DNA of 64,000 nucleotides from a virus. Taxonomy: Duplodnaviria; Heunggongvirae; Uroviricota; Caudoviricetes. Below the pieces are notes generated by a model. The model was not told where the DNA came from. It saw only the letters and a program-made list of their open reading frames with translations, and made no database searches. Where the stretch lies: positions 1-64,000 of IMG/VR virus record IMGVR_UViG_3300008108_000023. One strand, given 5' to 3'. Below are positions 17,861-28,137 of this stretch, one piece after another. How positions within the stretch are numbered: the first letter of the stretch is position 1; every line of letters starts with the position of its first letter. Made by a program: the position numbers and the translations under genes.

Positions 17861-18901
17861 TTAAATTCTCCTCAAGGTGGCATTTTCATTGTCATAGGTT
17901 CCTCGTAAGATTTCTCTCGGTCCTTCCGACATCATTCCACTTGTCTCGTACGCCCTTTCTTCCACAACCGCTTCAACATCACGTTCAACTACCCATTCTC
18001 TCTCTTCTCTTATATCCACATTTCTCATATCCATATCAGCTTCACCCATTGGGGATTCCATATCCGTTGGTTCTGGTAGTACCTCCATTTTGGTAAACTC
18101 TTTCAGTAACACATCCTCTTTGATTCTATCTTCTTCAGTCAACAAAGAGTTGTTGGTTACTGGGTTTTCACTAACTTCATTTTTAATGACACCCAATATA
18201 AAATCAGGTAAACCACTTTCTAATGAATCGATACGAGAATCAATTTGATTCCAAAAAGAAAATTCAGGGTCTGAGTCGAGTGATTTAAAGCAACCAACTT
18301 TTAATCCTGTTAATTTATTAATCACATAAATAAGGATACCTCTTTTGGAGTATCTTAGGAAATAATCCGGGTTATTCTCAGACGACGTACACCATTTTGT
18401 TGATGACCCATATTTCTTTGAGGCGTAAAACGTTAAAGGTCTTAAAACAATCCACTCATCTGAAGTGAACAATGTGTGAATTTGTTTTTCCAAATCTTTC
18501 TCGAAAGCTTTAATCTCAGCGAGACTAGTCGCCGTCATTACATCGTCAAAAGATTTAAATTTAGATAAGTCATTATCTTGAATCAATCCTCTTTCATTGT
18601 AATCACAAAATTTTTGGAATGTTTTTAAATCTGAAAAATTAAAACTCTGTTCCAAAAATCTGTAAGAGCTAAAAATTTGAAATGGGGTCATTCCTTTAAA
18701 GTGGTCATCTGTAATTCCAAATTCTCTTTTTAGATTCTCACGAACTTCATTGACGTACATGTCTAAATGTTTCGTGTTTTTTGAAAGTCGAATTAAAAAT
18801 TCGATGTACTTAGATTTACCCTCAGGGCAAAAGATTTGAAAGACATCAACCATATTTATGTTGTTGTCAGGATTTTGTTTTAGTTCTTTGATTCGTGACA
18901 T
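17861..18901 (-). CDS. hypothetical protein
   Basis: 346-aa ORF. Confidence 0.55.
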   Translation of the reverse strand: MSRIKELKQNPDNNINMVDVFQIFCPEGKSKYIEFLIRLSKNTKHLDMYVNEVRENLKREFGITDDHFKGMTPFQIFSSYRFLEQSFNFSDLKTFQKFCDYNERGLIQDNDLSKFKSFDDVMTATSLAEIKAFEKDLEKQIHTLFTSDEWIVLRPLTFYASKKYGSSTKWCTSSENNPDYFLRYSKRGILIYVINKLTGLKVGCFKSLDSDPEFSFWNQIDSRIDSLESGLPDFILGVIKNEVSENPVTNNSLLTEEDRIKEDVLLKEFTKMEVLPEPTDMESPMGEADMDMRNVDIREEREWVVERDVEAVVEERAYETSGMMSEGPREILRGTYDNENATLRRI

Positions 18902-18920
18902 ATTGTTTTAATTTAGTTTA

Positions 18921-19589
18921 TTAATAAAATTTACGTAACATTTGAACCACGTCCCAAGCGTCCTCAAGAGCGGTGTGAGCGACTTCTCCGTCAATTCCAG
19001 CACGTTCTTTACATTTTTTAAGACTTGGAATTGCGTTATCCTCATCCCATATACAATACAAAACGGAAGGGTCAATAATTCTTTGTCTGATTTTTATGAG
19101 TTTTTTCCACCACGGTAATTCTTCCAAGAACAATTTATCAAAGGTTCCAAAATTTTTACCGGCAACATTAATTGTAAGTGATGGTGTGTGATTGTTAAAA
19201 GCCGGTATCATTGTTCCATTGACATTTCTAACATGATTATTTAGAAATGATGAATTTGGGTAGATACCATTTAAGAATAAAAAGTCATAGAATTTTTGTG
19301 CCAGTTCATTTTCTTCCAAAAATACATAATCACTATGATGTTCCAAGTTTGCCCTATCCTCTTCGTTACCTTCTTTATATTCACCAATTAATGATATGAT
19401 TTCTTTGTTCATGGAAATCGCTCTCGGTGAACCGGTAATTTGGTTTTGAAGTACGATGGCGTTAAACTTTGGTAATTTCTCGTATGGTAATTTATTAGTG
19501 GTGTCTTCTATGATAGCACCAAAAGACAACACACTATTGTTTAACGGTTCGAGACCTGAAGTCTCAATGTCTATTGATACATATATCAT
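18921..19589 (-). CDS. DEDDh 3'-5' exonuclease (DnaQ/RNase T-like)
   Basis: Exo I SIDIETSGLEP and exo III HTALEDAWD (H-x4-D) motifs. Confidence 0.7.
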   Translation of the reverse strand: MIYVSIDIETSGLEPLNNSVLSFGAIIEDTTNKLPYEKLPKFNAIVLQNQITGSPRAISMNKEIISLIGEYKEGNEEDRANLEHHSDYVFLEENELAQKFYDFLFLNGIYPNSSFLNNHVRNVNGTMIPAFNNHTPSLTINVAGKNFGTFDKLFLEELPWWKKLIKIRQRIIDPSVLYCIWDEDNAIPSLKKCKERAGIDGEVAHTALEDAWDVVQMLRKFY

Positions 19590-19777
19590 CGGTCAAGTGC
19601 TTTTACAACTACAACAATCATGATGACAATAAAGATGAGGGCAAACCCACCCCATAGTGGTGCGGTCACCCACCACCACGACCAATCAATAACACCAGTA
19701 AGTTTAAGTGTCATAAAAATTAAAAACATCAGACCGAAGAATCCCACTCCTCCTGATGACGAACTATTTTCTGCCAT
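19586..19777 (-). CDS. small 2-TM membrane protein
   Basis: 63-aa ORF, highly hydrophobic, Trp-rich loop. Confidence 0.45.
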   Translation of the reverse strand: MAENSSSSGGVGFFGLMFLIFMTLKLTGVIDWSWWWVTAPLWGGFALIFIVIMIVVVVKALDR

Positions 19778-20256
19778 TAGTGTAAATTATATTTTTCTTT
19801 TAATATTTTGATTGTTTCTTCCGCGGAAGTATGAAGAATACCTTCACCACCGTTTTCATTCCAACCGTCTATAGTATCTTTCCTATCGTCGATTAATATT
19901 GTGTATGGAGCCGCGAAATCTTTTTTATGTTTAGCACTTCTTAATATTAAAGCAACACCGGGTAACTCCCTGTTTACCCATTCCATTTTCCCAATACGGG
20001 ATTCAACTTGTCTTGATGGTGCAGATAAAAGGGTTGGATTATACTTGGAAATGTGTTCCCACAAAATGTGACCGTCAGGTTCAATCCATTTCAAATTGAC
20101 CCAAAAATCATATCCCGCCTTTTCTATTGGTGCCCAAAATTGTGAGTCGTTACGATGTTCGTCTTTGTTCAAATCAATACCAGTAAGGTCTTTATAACCT
20201 TGGTTGAAATCTATTAAGACCCCATCTAAATCACAAAAAATAGTATACTTTGTCAT
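19777..20256 (-). CDS. HAD-superfamily 5'(3')-deoxyribonucleotidase-like phosphatase
   Basis: IFCDLDGVLIDF motif I (DxDGV) at the N-terminus; size and layout like NT5C-type nucleotidases. Confidence 0.6.
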   Translation of the reverse strand: MTKYTIFCDLDGVLIDFNQGYKDLTGIDLNKDEHRNDSQFWAPIEKAGYDFWVNLKWIEPDGHILWEHISKYNPTLLSAPSRQVESRIGKMEWVNRELPGVALILRSAKHKKDFAAPYTILIDDRKDTIDGWNENGGEGILHTSAEETIKILKEKYNLH

Positions 20257-20320
20257 TTGAAATACTTCTATGACAAGTATAAGAATAAATTTTTAAAATA
20301 AAAAATTTTAAAGAGTAATT

Positions 20321-20659
20321 TTAATAATCATCATTGTCAGAATCCTCAACAAAATCATTGTAGTAGGTGTCTTCCTCTTCTTCTGTGAGTTCTTCCCCCT
20401 CGAATTCATCTATCTCCAATTCAGCGTACAAGGCCTCGTAGACCATATCTTCTGTTAACCAAGTTGGTAATTCATCAACTTCGTTGTTTGGTTCATATGA
20501 TTTAATATCAACCTCATTGTTATCCATAAATAAATTATCATCTTCATCTGAATCATCTTTATTTATGTATTCATAGGTTACGAATAATTCAAATTCCTCG
20601 TCAGTGTCTGGATGAAAAACAGTAATTACTCGAGTATTTAATCCTTTTTTGTTTGCCAT
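20321..20659 (-). CDS. highly acidic protein
   Basis: 112-aa ORF with D/E runs (EDTYYNDFVEDSDNDDY). Confidence 0.5.
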   Translation of the reverse strand: MANKKGLNTRVITVFHPDTDEEFELFVTYEYINKDDSDEDDNLFMDNNEVDIKSYEPNNEVDELPTWLTEDMVYEALYAELEIDEFEGEELTEEEEDTYYNDFVEDSDNDDY

Positions 20660-20685
20660 TTTAATTATGAAATATTTATTATTAT

Positions 20686-21186
20686 ATGTTTAAGTATATA
20701 TCTGAAATATTATCAAAATTCACACAGAGACAAAGAATTGTTGCTCTGTCAATTTTGTTATTTTCAATTATAATTATCTCGGTTGGACCCAAAATCACTG
20801 AGTCTTTAACATATAATGACGAAGAACTGAAATTAAGGATAGAATCCCAAAACAATCAGATTGTACAACTAAACAATAGAATTGATGAGTTAAACAACCA
20901 AGTAATAGAAAATCAAAGAGAGTGTACCAATGAAATGGTTAAAAGGGAAAATGAGATATTAACTATTATAAGTGATATTGAAAACTATACCAATAAAATG
21001 AAAAACGAGACAAGAGTAGTAAACTCAATGTCTCGTAAAACCTATAATATTAATGATGATAGTTCCGTAAGAGTGATGGCGATGCTTCCTGAATCATCTA
21101 ACACCACCACTATTATTAATAATAAAAGGGATGAGAAATTAATTGGGATGATAAGGAACTTGAAGAAAAAAGTTAAGGACCAATAA
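20686..21186 (+). CDS. membrane-anchored coiled-coil protein
   Basis: N-terminal TM (IVALSILLFSIIIISV) then heptad-rich Q/N/E sequence; lone plus-strand gene. Confidence 0.5.
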   Translation: MFKYISEILSKFTQRQRIVALSILLFSIIIISVGPKITESLTYNDEELKLRIESQNNQIVQLNNRIDELNNQVIENQRECTNEMVKRENEILTIISDIENYTNKMKNETRVVNSMSRKTYNINDDSSVRVMAMLPESSNTTTIINNKRDEKLIGMIRNLKKKVKDQ

Positions 21187-21187
21187 T

Positions 21188-21421
21188 TTACTTGGTTGCA
21201 ATTATTTCACCGGTTTCAACATCAGTTACGTATATTTTTCCATCGTCACCTTTACCAATAGCCACAGTTCTTTTTAATTCTTGTTCATCTTCGTACTCCT
21301 GAGCACCTGGTAATTCCTCGGGCTGTGCTTGAGTATCGAAATCATCAAACTCAGCTTCGTTGATTGTTCTTTTTACAATATTTTCTAAATCTTTGATTGA
21401 TAATTTAACTACTTTTTTCAT
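21188..21421 (-). CDS. small acidic protein
   Basis: 77-aa ORF. Confidence 0.45.
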   Translation of the reverse strand: MKKVVKLSIKDLENIVKRTINEAEFDDFDTQAQPEELPGAQEYEDEQELKRTVAIGKGDDGKIYVTDVETGEIIATK

Positions 21422-21453
21422 TTTTTCTTTTATCTATAAATATCGTATGTAAA

Positions 21454-21488
21454 CAAAAAACCCCTCTTTCGAGGGGTTCTTTTTATTT
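21454..21488. terminator. bidirectional rho-independent terminator (CCCCTC-TTTC-GAGGGG flanked by A- and T-runs)
   Basis: G/C hairpin immediately after the stop of 21483..22334, with A-run on one side and T-run on the other. Confidence 0.65.
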
Positions 21489-22334
21489 AATACCTATCAT
21501 CGTATTATTTTTGTCACCTAACATGGTTTCGGGTAACTTCCCATTCCATTTATTAATCCATTCAAGTTGTAGGAGTAAAGGTGTAATTGTTTGTTGTTTC
21601 ATCCGATTGGCTTCGGATTCCGCTTTAGCCGCGGTCAACATTGCTTGAGCATTACCATTGGCGGTTGCAATTTTAATCTTGGCTTGAGCTTCCGCAGTTT
21701 TTACCTCATTTTCCGCCCTTAACGCTGCTTGGACCGCATTGTTCTTGGCTTCAATGGACTTCTTAAATGTCTCAGGGTAAATCAAATTTGAGGTGAATTG
21801 GTTTATCACAAACCCTTCTTTTAAAAGTTGACTTTCCAATAGTTTACGAACCTCAACTTCAAACACCGCCCTATTCGAGATTAGTTCATCAGCAGTGTAC
21901 TTATTTGTTGCTAAACGAAACGCGTCATATACTGCGGTCTTTAAAAATCCCTCCTCAATTTCAGGTAATGACCTACGATACTTTGAAAATATTGTGGGTA
22001 CTTTTTCTCTTTGAACCGAATAGTTCATAATTGGGGATACTTGAAACTCAGAACCGTCTTTTGAGTTTACAACAAATGAATTATCAGATTCCTCAGTTTT
22101 CTTATACTCTTTGTGTTGAATATAGGTTGGGAATTCATAAATCTTTGTTGTGAAGGGGTTGTAGAATACCATACCTGTACATTCGGTGACATCATCAACA
22201 CCCTTTCCATCACCATATAGATTTACTTTTACACCGACGTGACCGGCGTCAATTCTCTCACAAGAGAAAAACAATAAGGTTAGGATAATGAATCCTAAAA
22301 TTCCGAAAATTAATCGTTTCAAAAATGGTTCCAT
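21483..22334 (-). CDS. SPFH/band-7 (stomatin/prohibitin/HflC-like) domain membrane protein
   Basis: N-terminal TM then AGHVGVKV... SPFH-like core and C-terminal coiled-coil Ala/Gln-rich region. Confidence 0.65.
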   Translation of the reverse strand: MEPFLKRLIFGILGFIILTLLFFSCERIDAGHVGVKVNLYGDGKGVDDVTECTGMVFYNPFTTKIYEFPTYIQHKEYKKTEESDNSFVVNSKDGSEFQVSPIMNYSVQREKVPTIFSKYRRSLPEIEEGFLKTAVYDAFRLATNKYTADELISNRAVFEVEVRKLLESQLLKEGFVINQFTSNLIYPETFKKSIEAKNNAVQAALRAENEVKTAEAQAKIKIATANGNAQAMLTAAKAESEANRMKQQTITPLLLQLEWINKWNGKLPETMLGDKNNTMIGIK

Positions 22335-22337
22335 AAT

Positions 22338-22682
22338 TTATTTAGTTTGTTTTTTAATTTTAATTGTTGTTTTAGATTTTCTTTCTTTTTTGGTAACTTT
22401 CTTTGGATTATAATCCAATTCCGTCTCAGGTGTTTTATTTGGGTCCGGTGTGAAGAGTTCAAAAGGTTCATCATTAAAGTACATAAACCTAATATAAAAA
22501 ACCGCAAACATTGCCGTACCCACCGAAAAAATCGCTGAGATTATGTTGATTATCGTATTTGCAACGGTTAATCCAGGAAAGATTAAAAATTGATAAGAAA
22601 TTCCAATGAAGAAAAATACCAAAAAGGTAATCGTTGTTTTGGATTTTATAATATTGGTGAAGATTTTGTTTAACATGTTCAT
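22338..22682 (-). CDS. membrane protein with basic C-terminal tail
   Basis: 114-aa ORF, 3 hydrophobic segments, K-rich C-terminus. Confidence 0.45.
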   Translation of the reverse strand: MNMLNKIFTNIIKSKTTITFLVFFFIGISYQFLIFPGLTVANTIINIISAIFSVGTAMFAVFYIRFMYFNDEPFELFTPDPNKTPETELDYNPKKVTKKERKSKTTIKIKKQTK

Positions 22683-22720
22683 TAATTAAATTATATGAAA
22701 TATTTTTTAAAGTAAAAAAT

Positions 22721-23392
22721 TTAACCTACAACATTTTTCATGTCGTCATTGTGATGGTCTATATCCCCCAATTCAGAACCAATCGGAACCTTCAACATTG
22801 GATTTAAAACCTCATGTACAAAGTCATATGGTCTGAACTCAGGGTGTCCATCCATACCAACATCCATTCTTCTCCCACCACTAACTTTTAAGTGGTTAGG
22901 TAAATGACAGTGTCCGTGTAAATGGATTCTACCCTTTCTCAGATTGTTCCACGAACTGATAGGATAATGTAACATCTCGAATGAATGCCCTTGGTATTCA
23001 AGTCTATTGTAATGACTTACACTGGTAAATAAACTCTGACAATTCTCACGGTTTCTTTCAATGTGATGGTCATGGTTACCCAATAGGATGTGAATCTCTT
23101 GACAAACGATTCTATGTCTGAATTCCGCTATATTATCAAACCCACCGAATGACCAATCACCCAAGTGAATCAAAACATCATCCTGTCCAACAACCTCATT
23201 GATGTTGTTTACAATCGCGGCGTTCATCTTATCAAGAGTTGCGAAGTCTCTCGTTTGATTAACGGGAATACTACCGTCAGGCATTCTCCAATTAGTAATT
23301 CCTCTACATATATTAGTATGTGAGTAATGCGTGTCAGACGTTATCCAAACTTTTCTATTGTTATCTATTCTTAACATATTAACTAAAATCAA
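22721..23392 (-). CDS. calcineurin-like metallophosphoesterase
   Basis: SDTHYSH, GDWSFGG, LLGNHDHH and HGHCH motifs (MPP fold metal ligands). Confidence 0.7.
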   Translation of the reverse strand: MILVNMLRIDNNRKVWITSDTHYSHTNICRGITNWRMPDGSIPVNQTRDFATLDKMNAAIVNNINEVVGQDDVLIHLGDWSFGGFDNIAEFRHRIVCQEIHILLGNHDHHIERNRENCQSLFTSVSHYNRLEYQGHSFEMLHYPISSWNNLRKGRIHLHGHCHLPNHLKVSGGRRMDVGMDGHPEFRPYDFVHEVLNPMLKVPIGSELGDIDHHNDDMKNVVG

Positions 23393-23906
23393 CTGATGTA
23401 CTCACACGAAGTCCATCGATTATTAAATCATCATATTTTTCGTTGTCCATCCAAAACATTCCGTGGCCTTTCGACCTTTGGTCTCTCCTGTATTCTTCAT
23501 TTACAACCCAACCATCTGGTTGACCCCACTCAAGAGCCATGGTGATAAACTCTTCAACATTCCATTCTTCACCATATTCATCCACAATTCTTCCTGAACG
23601 AATAAATGAAAGTAGTTCTTCTTTATTTGAATAATGTTTATTATTATGAAAATTCCAACAAAACTTCCACCCACCACTTCTTTTACCTAAATGAATTGAT
23701 GTACCATCTCTGAATATGTCCCAAGGGCTAACTATCTCCCAAGATTCTTTAAATGGGTCAATAAAGGGAAATCCACGTTCAATATCACTAGGTGACATTG
23801 TCATCTTTTCTATATCTCTTTGGAGACGTGATTTACGTGACTCCATTTCCTCTGCGGTCGGTATACGATAATAATTTGTACCCATTTTAAAATTAATATG
23901 GGCCAA
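23379..23906 (-). CDS. hypothetical protein
   Basis: 175-aa ORF overlapping the start of the MPP gene. Confidence 0.5.
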   Translation of the reverse strand: MAHINFKMGTNYYRIPTAEEMESRKSRLQRDIEKMTMSPSDIERGFPFIDPFKESWEIVSPWDIFRDGTSIHLGKRSGGWKFCWNFHNNKHYSNKEELLSFIRSGRIVDEYGEEWNVEEFITMALEWGQPDGWVVNEEYRRDQRSKGHGMFWMDNEKYDDLIIDGLRVSTSVDFS

Positions 23907-23942
23907 ATATATGAAATAATTTTGGATATACCAAAATATTGC

Positions 23943-23969
23943 AAAAAAAAATCCCGATTTCTCGGGATT
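23943..23969 (-). terminator. rho-independent terminator (AATCCCGA-TTTC-TCGGGATT + U-run)
   Basis: 8-bp hairpin 15 nt after the stop of 23985..25178, with an A9 run on +. Confidence 0.7.
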
Positions 23970-23984
23970 TAATTTGGTTTTAAT

Positions 23985-25178
23985 TTATTTGACCACTTTT
24001 TGAACTATTCGACTCACCAATTTATTTTTTATTGATTCGTTAAGTTCATTTTGGTTTGGACCCCCAACTTGGTATCTTTTTACTGTTGCGCTTTTAAGAT
24101 TGTCTTTTGGATTTAATGATAAAATCTGTGTTTTTAAATCATTAATAACTTCCATTAACGCATCCACAACTTGTTTATCGTTCATTACCGTATAATTATC
24201 ATTGAATGTTGTTCCAGGTCTAAGTTGTGCGGTTGCAGATGATTGAATTAATTTATCATCGAGAAACCCACCTTTTAATCCACTTTCGCTTTCAAGTTTT
24301 TTACCTAACTTGGTTTGAGCTCTAGCGGTCCACGCAAAACTATTTTCACCAATTAATTCTCCTTTAAGTTCAAAATCCATTCTAACTGTAACGTCTATGT
24401 TTTTTTCCTCAAGACCATATGCGTCTAACATATATTTTGGTGTTTTACCAGCATATTGTTTCAACATTTTTTTGTCTGCTCTCCAGTTATTGTAATTTTT
24501 ATTGTACTGACGAGCCATATAAAATGTTTTCATTTCATCAGTATCTTTACCCTGAACTCGAGCCACTGCCGATAATAAAAAATCCCTTACTGTTGGGTAA
24601 GCATTATAGTTATGTGTTGAGTATTCAATTAATTGATTTGTAAATTTACCATATTGGTCGACATTCTTTCTATCTCTAGCAACCACAGCAGGAATACTTC
24701 TTTTGTTAAGTTCTTGAACAAACGATTCGTCTTCAAAAGTATTTGCAATGATTGTGAATAGTCTTCTCTTAATTGTTTCTTGTTCTTTATATGTGTCACC
24801 TGTGGGTTTATATCCACCCTCAACATATTTTTCAATAGGTCTATGGTACTTTCCTCTCTTACAAGCGGCTAATTGTGGTTCTAAATTGTGGAGTTCTTTG
24901 ATTTTTTCTAAGAATTCTTTGTTTGCATTTTTAAACGCTTCAAGTTCCTGACAATCTAATGGTACCACTAATATCTCACCACCCTCTTGTAAGGTGGGGT
25001 TTGCAATCCAATAATCAGGGATATCTGTGTCATTATCTTCTTTGAAGAAAGGTTTATATTTTACTAGTTTACCTTTGTCATCCCTGACACCCTTTTGTTT
25101 GTATGCCATTTCCTCCACATCAGAGATATAAGATTCAGAAATGATACGTCTTAAATATTTTTCGGTTAATTTATCCAT
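23985..25178 (-). CDS. hypothetical protein
   Basis: 397-aa ORF. Confidence 0.55.
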   Translation of the reverse strand: MDKLTEKYLRRIISESYISDVEEMAYKQKGVRDDKGKLVKYKPFFKEDNDTDIPDYWIANPTLQEGGEILVVPLDCQELEAFKNANKEFLEKIKELHNLEPQLAACKRGKYHRPIEKYVEGGYKPTGDTYKEQETIKRRLFTIIANTFEDESFVQELNKRSIPAVVARDRKNVDQYGKFTNQLIEYSTHNYNAYPTVRDFLLSAVARVQGKDTDEMKTFYMARQYNKNYNNWRADKKMLKQYAGKTPKYMLDAYGLEEKNIDVTVRMDFELKGELIGENSFAWTARAQTKLGKKLESESGLKGGFLDDKLIQSSATAQLRPGTTFNDNYTVMNDKQVVDALMEVINDLKTQILSLNPKDNLKSATVKRYQVGGPNQNELNESIKNKLVSRIVQKVVK

Positions 25179-25221
25179 AGAAATAATTCTTTACATATAA
25201 ATACAACCAAAAACAGAATTG

Positions 25222-25446
25222 TTAATACTTATCGGACAATCTTCTGACTTTTTCACCCAATTCCATATCGTTTGGTGTATCCCTAATTAAATCAATTGGA
25301 ACACATAAGTTTTTAGTCTCATCGGAACGATTACATTTCTCACACAATTGACCTAATCCCTCAACGTAACCGTATCTCAAATCAATATGAGTTTCAAATT
25401 CATATGGTGTCTCAACACCACAAATTACACAGGTATCTTTTGCCAT
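25222..25446 (-). CDS. small zinc-ribbon protein
   Basis: CVICG...CEKCN Cys pairs. Confidence 0.45.
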   Translation of the reverse strand: MAKDTCVICGVETPYEFETHIDLRYGYVEGLGQLCEKCNRSDETKNLCVPIDLIRDTPNDMELGEKVRRLSDKY

Positions 25447-25501
25447 AACTTTTTGTTTTATGAAAAGATATGAAAGAAAAAGAAAAAGTAAAATTAATTT
25501 T

Positions 25502-26830
25502 TTACGCTAAAGATTTGATTTTTGGACTGGCACCTCTTTCGTAACCATCTACAACTTTGGCAACCAAAGTACCAGTACCCCAAGTCTTAAGTGATTCACA
25601 CTTAGCAATTTCCGCAGCACCAATATCATTTACCAAACCATCAACAATACAAGTATAAAGACCATTTCTCAATGTTTTGATGGTTGCTTTCATACCGTCT
25701 TCTAAAGATTTGTAATTTTTAACACCAACACTATTTGCGTTAGTGGAACCCGGTAAATCCCATGTGGTATTAAATGGATTATATTTTCCACCCGAACCTT
25801 CTGACTGTCTCCAAGCGTATAAGAATTTTAAGTTTTCCTCACTTTCGGGTGCACCTAAATTTTCAAGTAGTTTTTTATAAAAATTGATGTCCGTTAAACC
25901 GTCAACATTGATTTGTGAATTTTTAGCCGCTTGGTCAAGGTATTGTTTTAACTCTTCGGATTTAACACCTTTAGCTTTTAATAATTCCAATAACTTATTT
26001 AACATTTCAGGTGTGGCATTTTCAGAAGTACCACTACTAGAAGATGATTTACCACCATATTGTAAATGAAAATGACCACCAGTTGCGGCTTTGGTTGGAT
26101 TGGTGTATTCATCTATGTATGAAAAATTACCATCACTACTTTTTGTTGAGTTGAGTAATTTTATAAAATCGGAAGCGTTTTTTGAATTATATGGATTTAA
26201 AACCAAATCAATTGCATTTCCTTTGGTGTGTTGACTTACGTAATTTAAATTATGGTGGAATTTATCGTTACCTGCGGTTATGGTAACCTCAACATCAGGA
26301 TTACTTTGACTGTACTTGTCAAGAATTTGACTAACAATATCTGTGAGTTTGTCATTAATAGAACCACCACTGGTTAACTCATTACCTTTTTCGGTGTAAC
26401 CTAAATCATCTAATTTATCTCTTAATGAATCGGCACTTTCTTTGATTACAGAATTATCTGATTTGAATTTTCTAACAGCACTTGCGGTTTCAGGACCAAA
26501 TAAACCATCAACACCAAATTTAGGTAACTCATAACCCAAGAGTATTAAACCAATTTGCATAGTTTCGACACCTTTTTGATATTCCATAGAACCTCTTGGT
26601 TGTTCTGATAACCCACCCTGAGCTGCGGTATCTTCTAATGTCTTATAAAATTCTGCAACGTCAGGTGAAACTAAGTCCGCCTTTTTGGGGTCGTCTATTT
26701 TTTTTTCGTCTTTTTTACCTAACCCAATTTTACCCAATAAATCATCGATAAAATTTTCATTTACCATTGATTTACCGTAGGTAATTTCATGGATTCGTTG
26801 TAATTCTTCTTGTAGTGTGGGTTTTTTCAT
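25502..26830 (-). CDS. peptidoglycan-binding protein with M15-family (VanY/L-Ala-D-Glu peptidase-like) domain; candidate lysin
   Basis: PG_binding_1-like LILLGYELPKFGVDGLFGPETASAVRKF; downstream SQHTKGNAIDL (SxHxxGxAxD) and GGHFHLQY motifs typical of peptidase M15. Confidence 0.6.
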   Translation of the reverse strand: MKKPTLQEELQRIHEITYGKSMVNENFIDDLLGKIGLGKKDEKKIDDPKKADLVSPDVAEFYKTLEDTAAQGGLSEQPRGSMEYQKGVETMQIGLILLGYELPKFGVDGLFGPETASAVRKFKSDNSVIKESADSLRDKLDDLGYTEKGNELTSGGSINDKLTDIVSQILDKYSQSNPDVEVTITAGNDKFHHNLNYVSQHTKGNAIDLVLNPYNSKNASDFIKLLNSTKSSDGNFSYIDEYTNPTKAATGGHFHLQYGGKSSSSSGTSENATPEMLNKLLELLKAKGVKSEELKQYLDQAAKNSQINVDGLTDINFYKKLLENLGAPESEENLKFLYAWRQSEGSGGKYNPFNTTWDLPGSTNANSVGVKNYKSLEDGMKATIKTLRNGLYTCIVDGLVNDIGAAEIAKCESLKTWGTGTLVAKVVDGYERGASPKIKSLA

Positions 26831-26881
26831 TAAAACAATTCTATACTTAAATAAATATCCCTACGTTTAGAAACGGTGTAA

Positions 26882-27454
26882 TTAAGTAAGGTAATCGATA
26901 ATCTTTTGTTTTATACCAGATTGTTTGATACCTAAAGTAGATGATGGAGTTAATACAAAATTATCTAAACCCCAATCTTTCCAGTCCTCTCCATTTTTAC
27001 CCATATCCAAATCATCAACAGAAACCCAATGAGTAACTTCAGGGTGGTCGTGTAAAAATTGTTTAATCTCGATAACGCGAGTCATCTCCAAATCCCATCT
27101 CGGTGACCAAACCCATACTTTATCATTATACCAATTACACTGACCTAAATTAGGTGTGAGAGCGATTGGTTTTTTAGAGATACCTTTTGATTCGTAGTAT
27201 TCACCCATTTCTTCGAGATTTGCCCACCTCTTCCAATCAGATGACGTTACAATTTCCGCACCTGTTTTTTCGATGATTTGGTTTAATACCTTAACCGCTT
27301 TTTGATTGAAATTATCAAATCGGTATTCTAGTGGCATTTCTGATGTTGTCATAGATAATTTACGACCACCCCATTTTTCTTGTTTCTTGAATCGACCACC
27401 CCATTCTGACGACAAACAAATTACACCGTCGTGGTCTAAAAATATAACTTTCAT
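26882..27454 (-). CDS. HAD-like hydrolase
   Basis: MKVIFLDHDGVI motif I (DxDGV). Confidence 0.5.
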   Translation of the reverse strand: MKVIFLDHDGVICLSSEWGGRFKKQEKWGGRKLSMTTSEMPLEYRFDNFNQKAVKVLNQIIEKTGAEIVTSSDWKRWANLEEMGEYYESKGISKKPIALTPNLGQCNWYNDKVWVWSPRWDLEMTRVIEIKQFLHDHPEVTHWVSVDDLDMGKNGEDWKDWGLDNFVLTPSSTLGIKQSGIKQKIIDYLT

Positions 27455-28137
27455 TTATTGAATCTTTTAAATATTTTAATAAAGTCTGACGAATATTTTT
27501 CATAGACAGAATCTTTCCATTCATGATGTTTACCTGTTGACATGTATGCTTGAATCTCGTCATCAATAATCGTTTTGTCGTCAGAATATCCACCTTTAAT
27601 TAAAACTTTTTTCAAATGTTCATAATCTCTATGATTAATATCTCCAATTAAATAATCGACCTCAACTTTGTATTGTGGGTTTGTATAATAAAATCCGTGA
27701 GCTATTTCATGATTCATTACACCACTTTTTACTTTATCAGCGCCGATAAGATACCAAGAATGTTGTTCACCACGATTCTTTATTCTACACTCTCTTTCAC
27801 AGTATTCAATAATTTCATACATAGTATAATCATATTGGGTTCGAGGTAAACCAAACGTATTTTTTGCCTCTAAAAGAACTTTCGAGGGTATATTATAACC
27901 AGTCCAATCGCTTGGATACGTAAAATGAGGTTTTTTATTTGTATCAATGTACAACTTCATGTATTGTTCTAAAGTGAAAAACTTACCTCTAATCTGTGGG
28001 TATGGAGATTCGTAAAATTCTTGGTATCTACAAAACAAGCTAGACCTATCATATTGGTTTTTAACGATAACAGCAAATATGAAAGGTTTTATTTCTCTCA
28101 CTTCACCTTCAATTAATGAATTTGAAATACGCATCAT
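27451..28137 (-). CDS. putative zinc metallopeptidase (HExxH)
   Basis: VMNHEIAHGFYY contains HEIAH (HExxH). Confidence 0.45.
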   Translation of the reverse strand: MMRISNSLIEGEVREIKPFIFAVIVKNQYDRSSLFCRYQEFYESPYPQIRGKFFTLEQYMKLYIDTNKKPHFTYPSDWTGYNIPSKVLLEAKNTFGLPRTQYDYTMYEIIEYCERECRIKNRGEQHSWYLIGADKVKSGVMNHEIAHGFYYTNPQYKVEVDYLIGDINHRDYEHLKKVLIKGGYSDDKTIIDDEIQAYMSTGKHHEWKDSVYEKYSSDFIKIFKRFNK

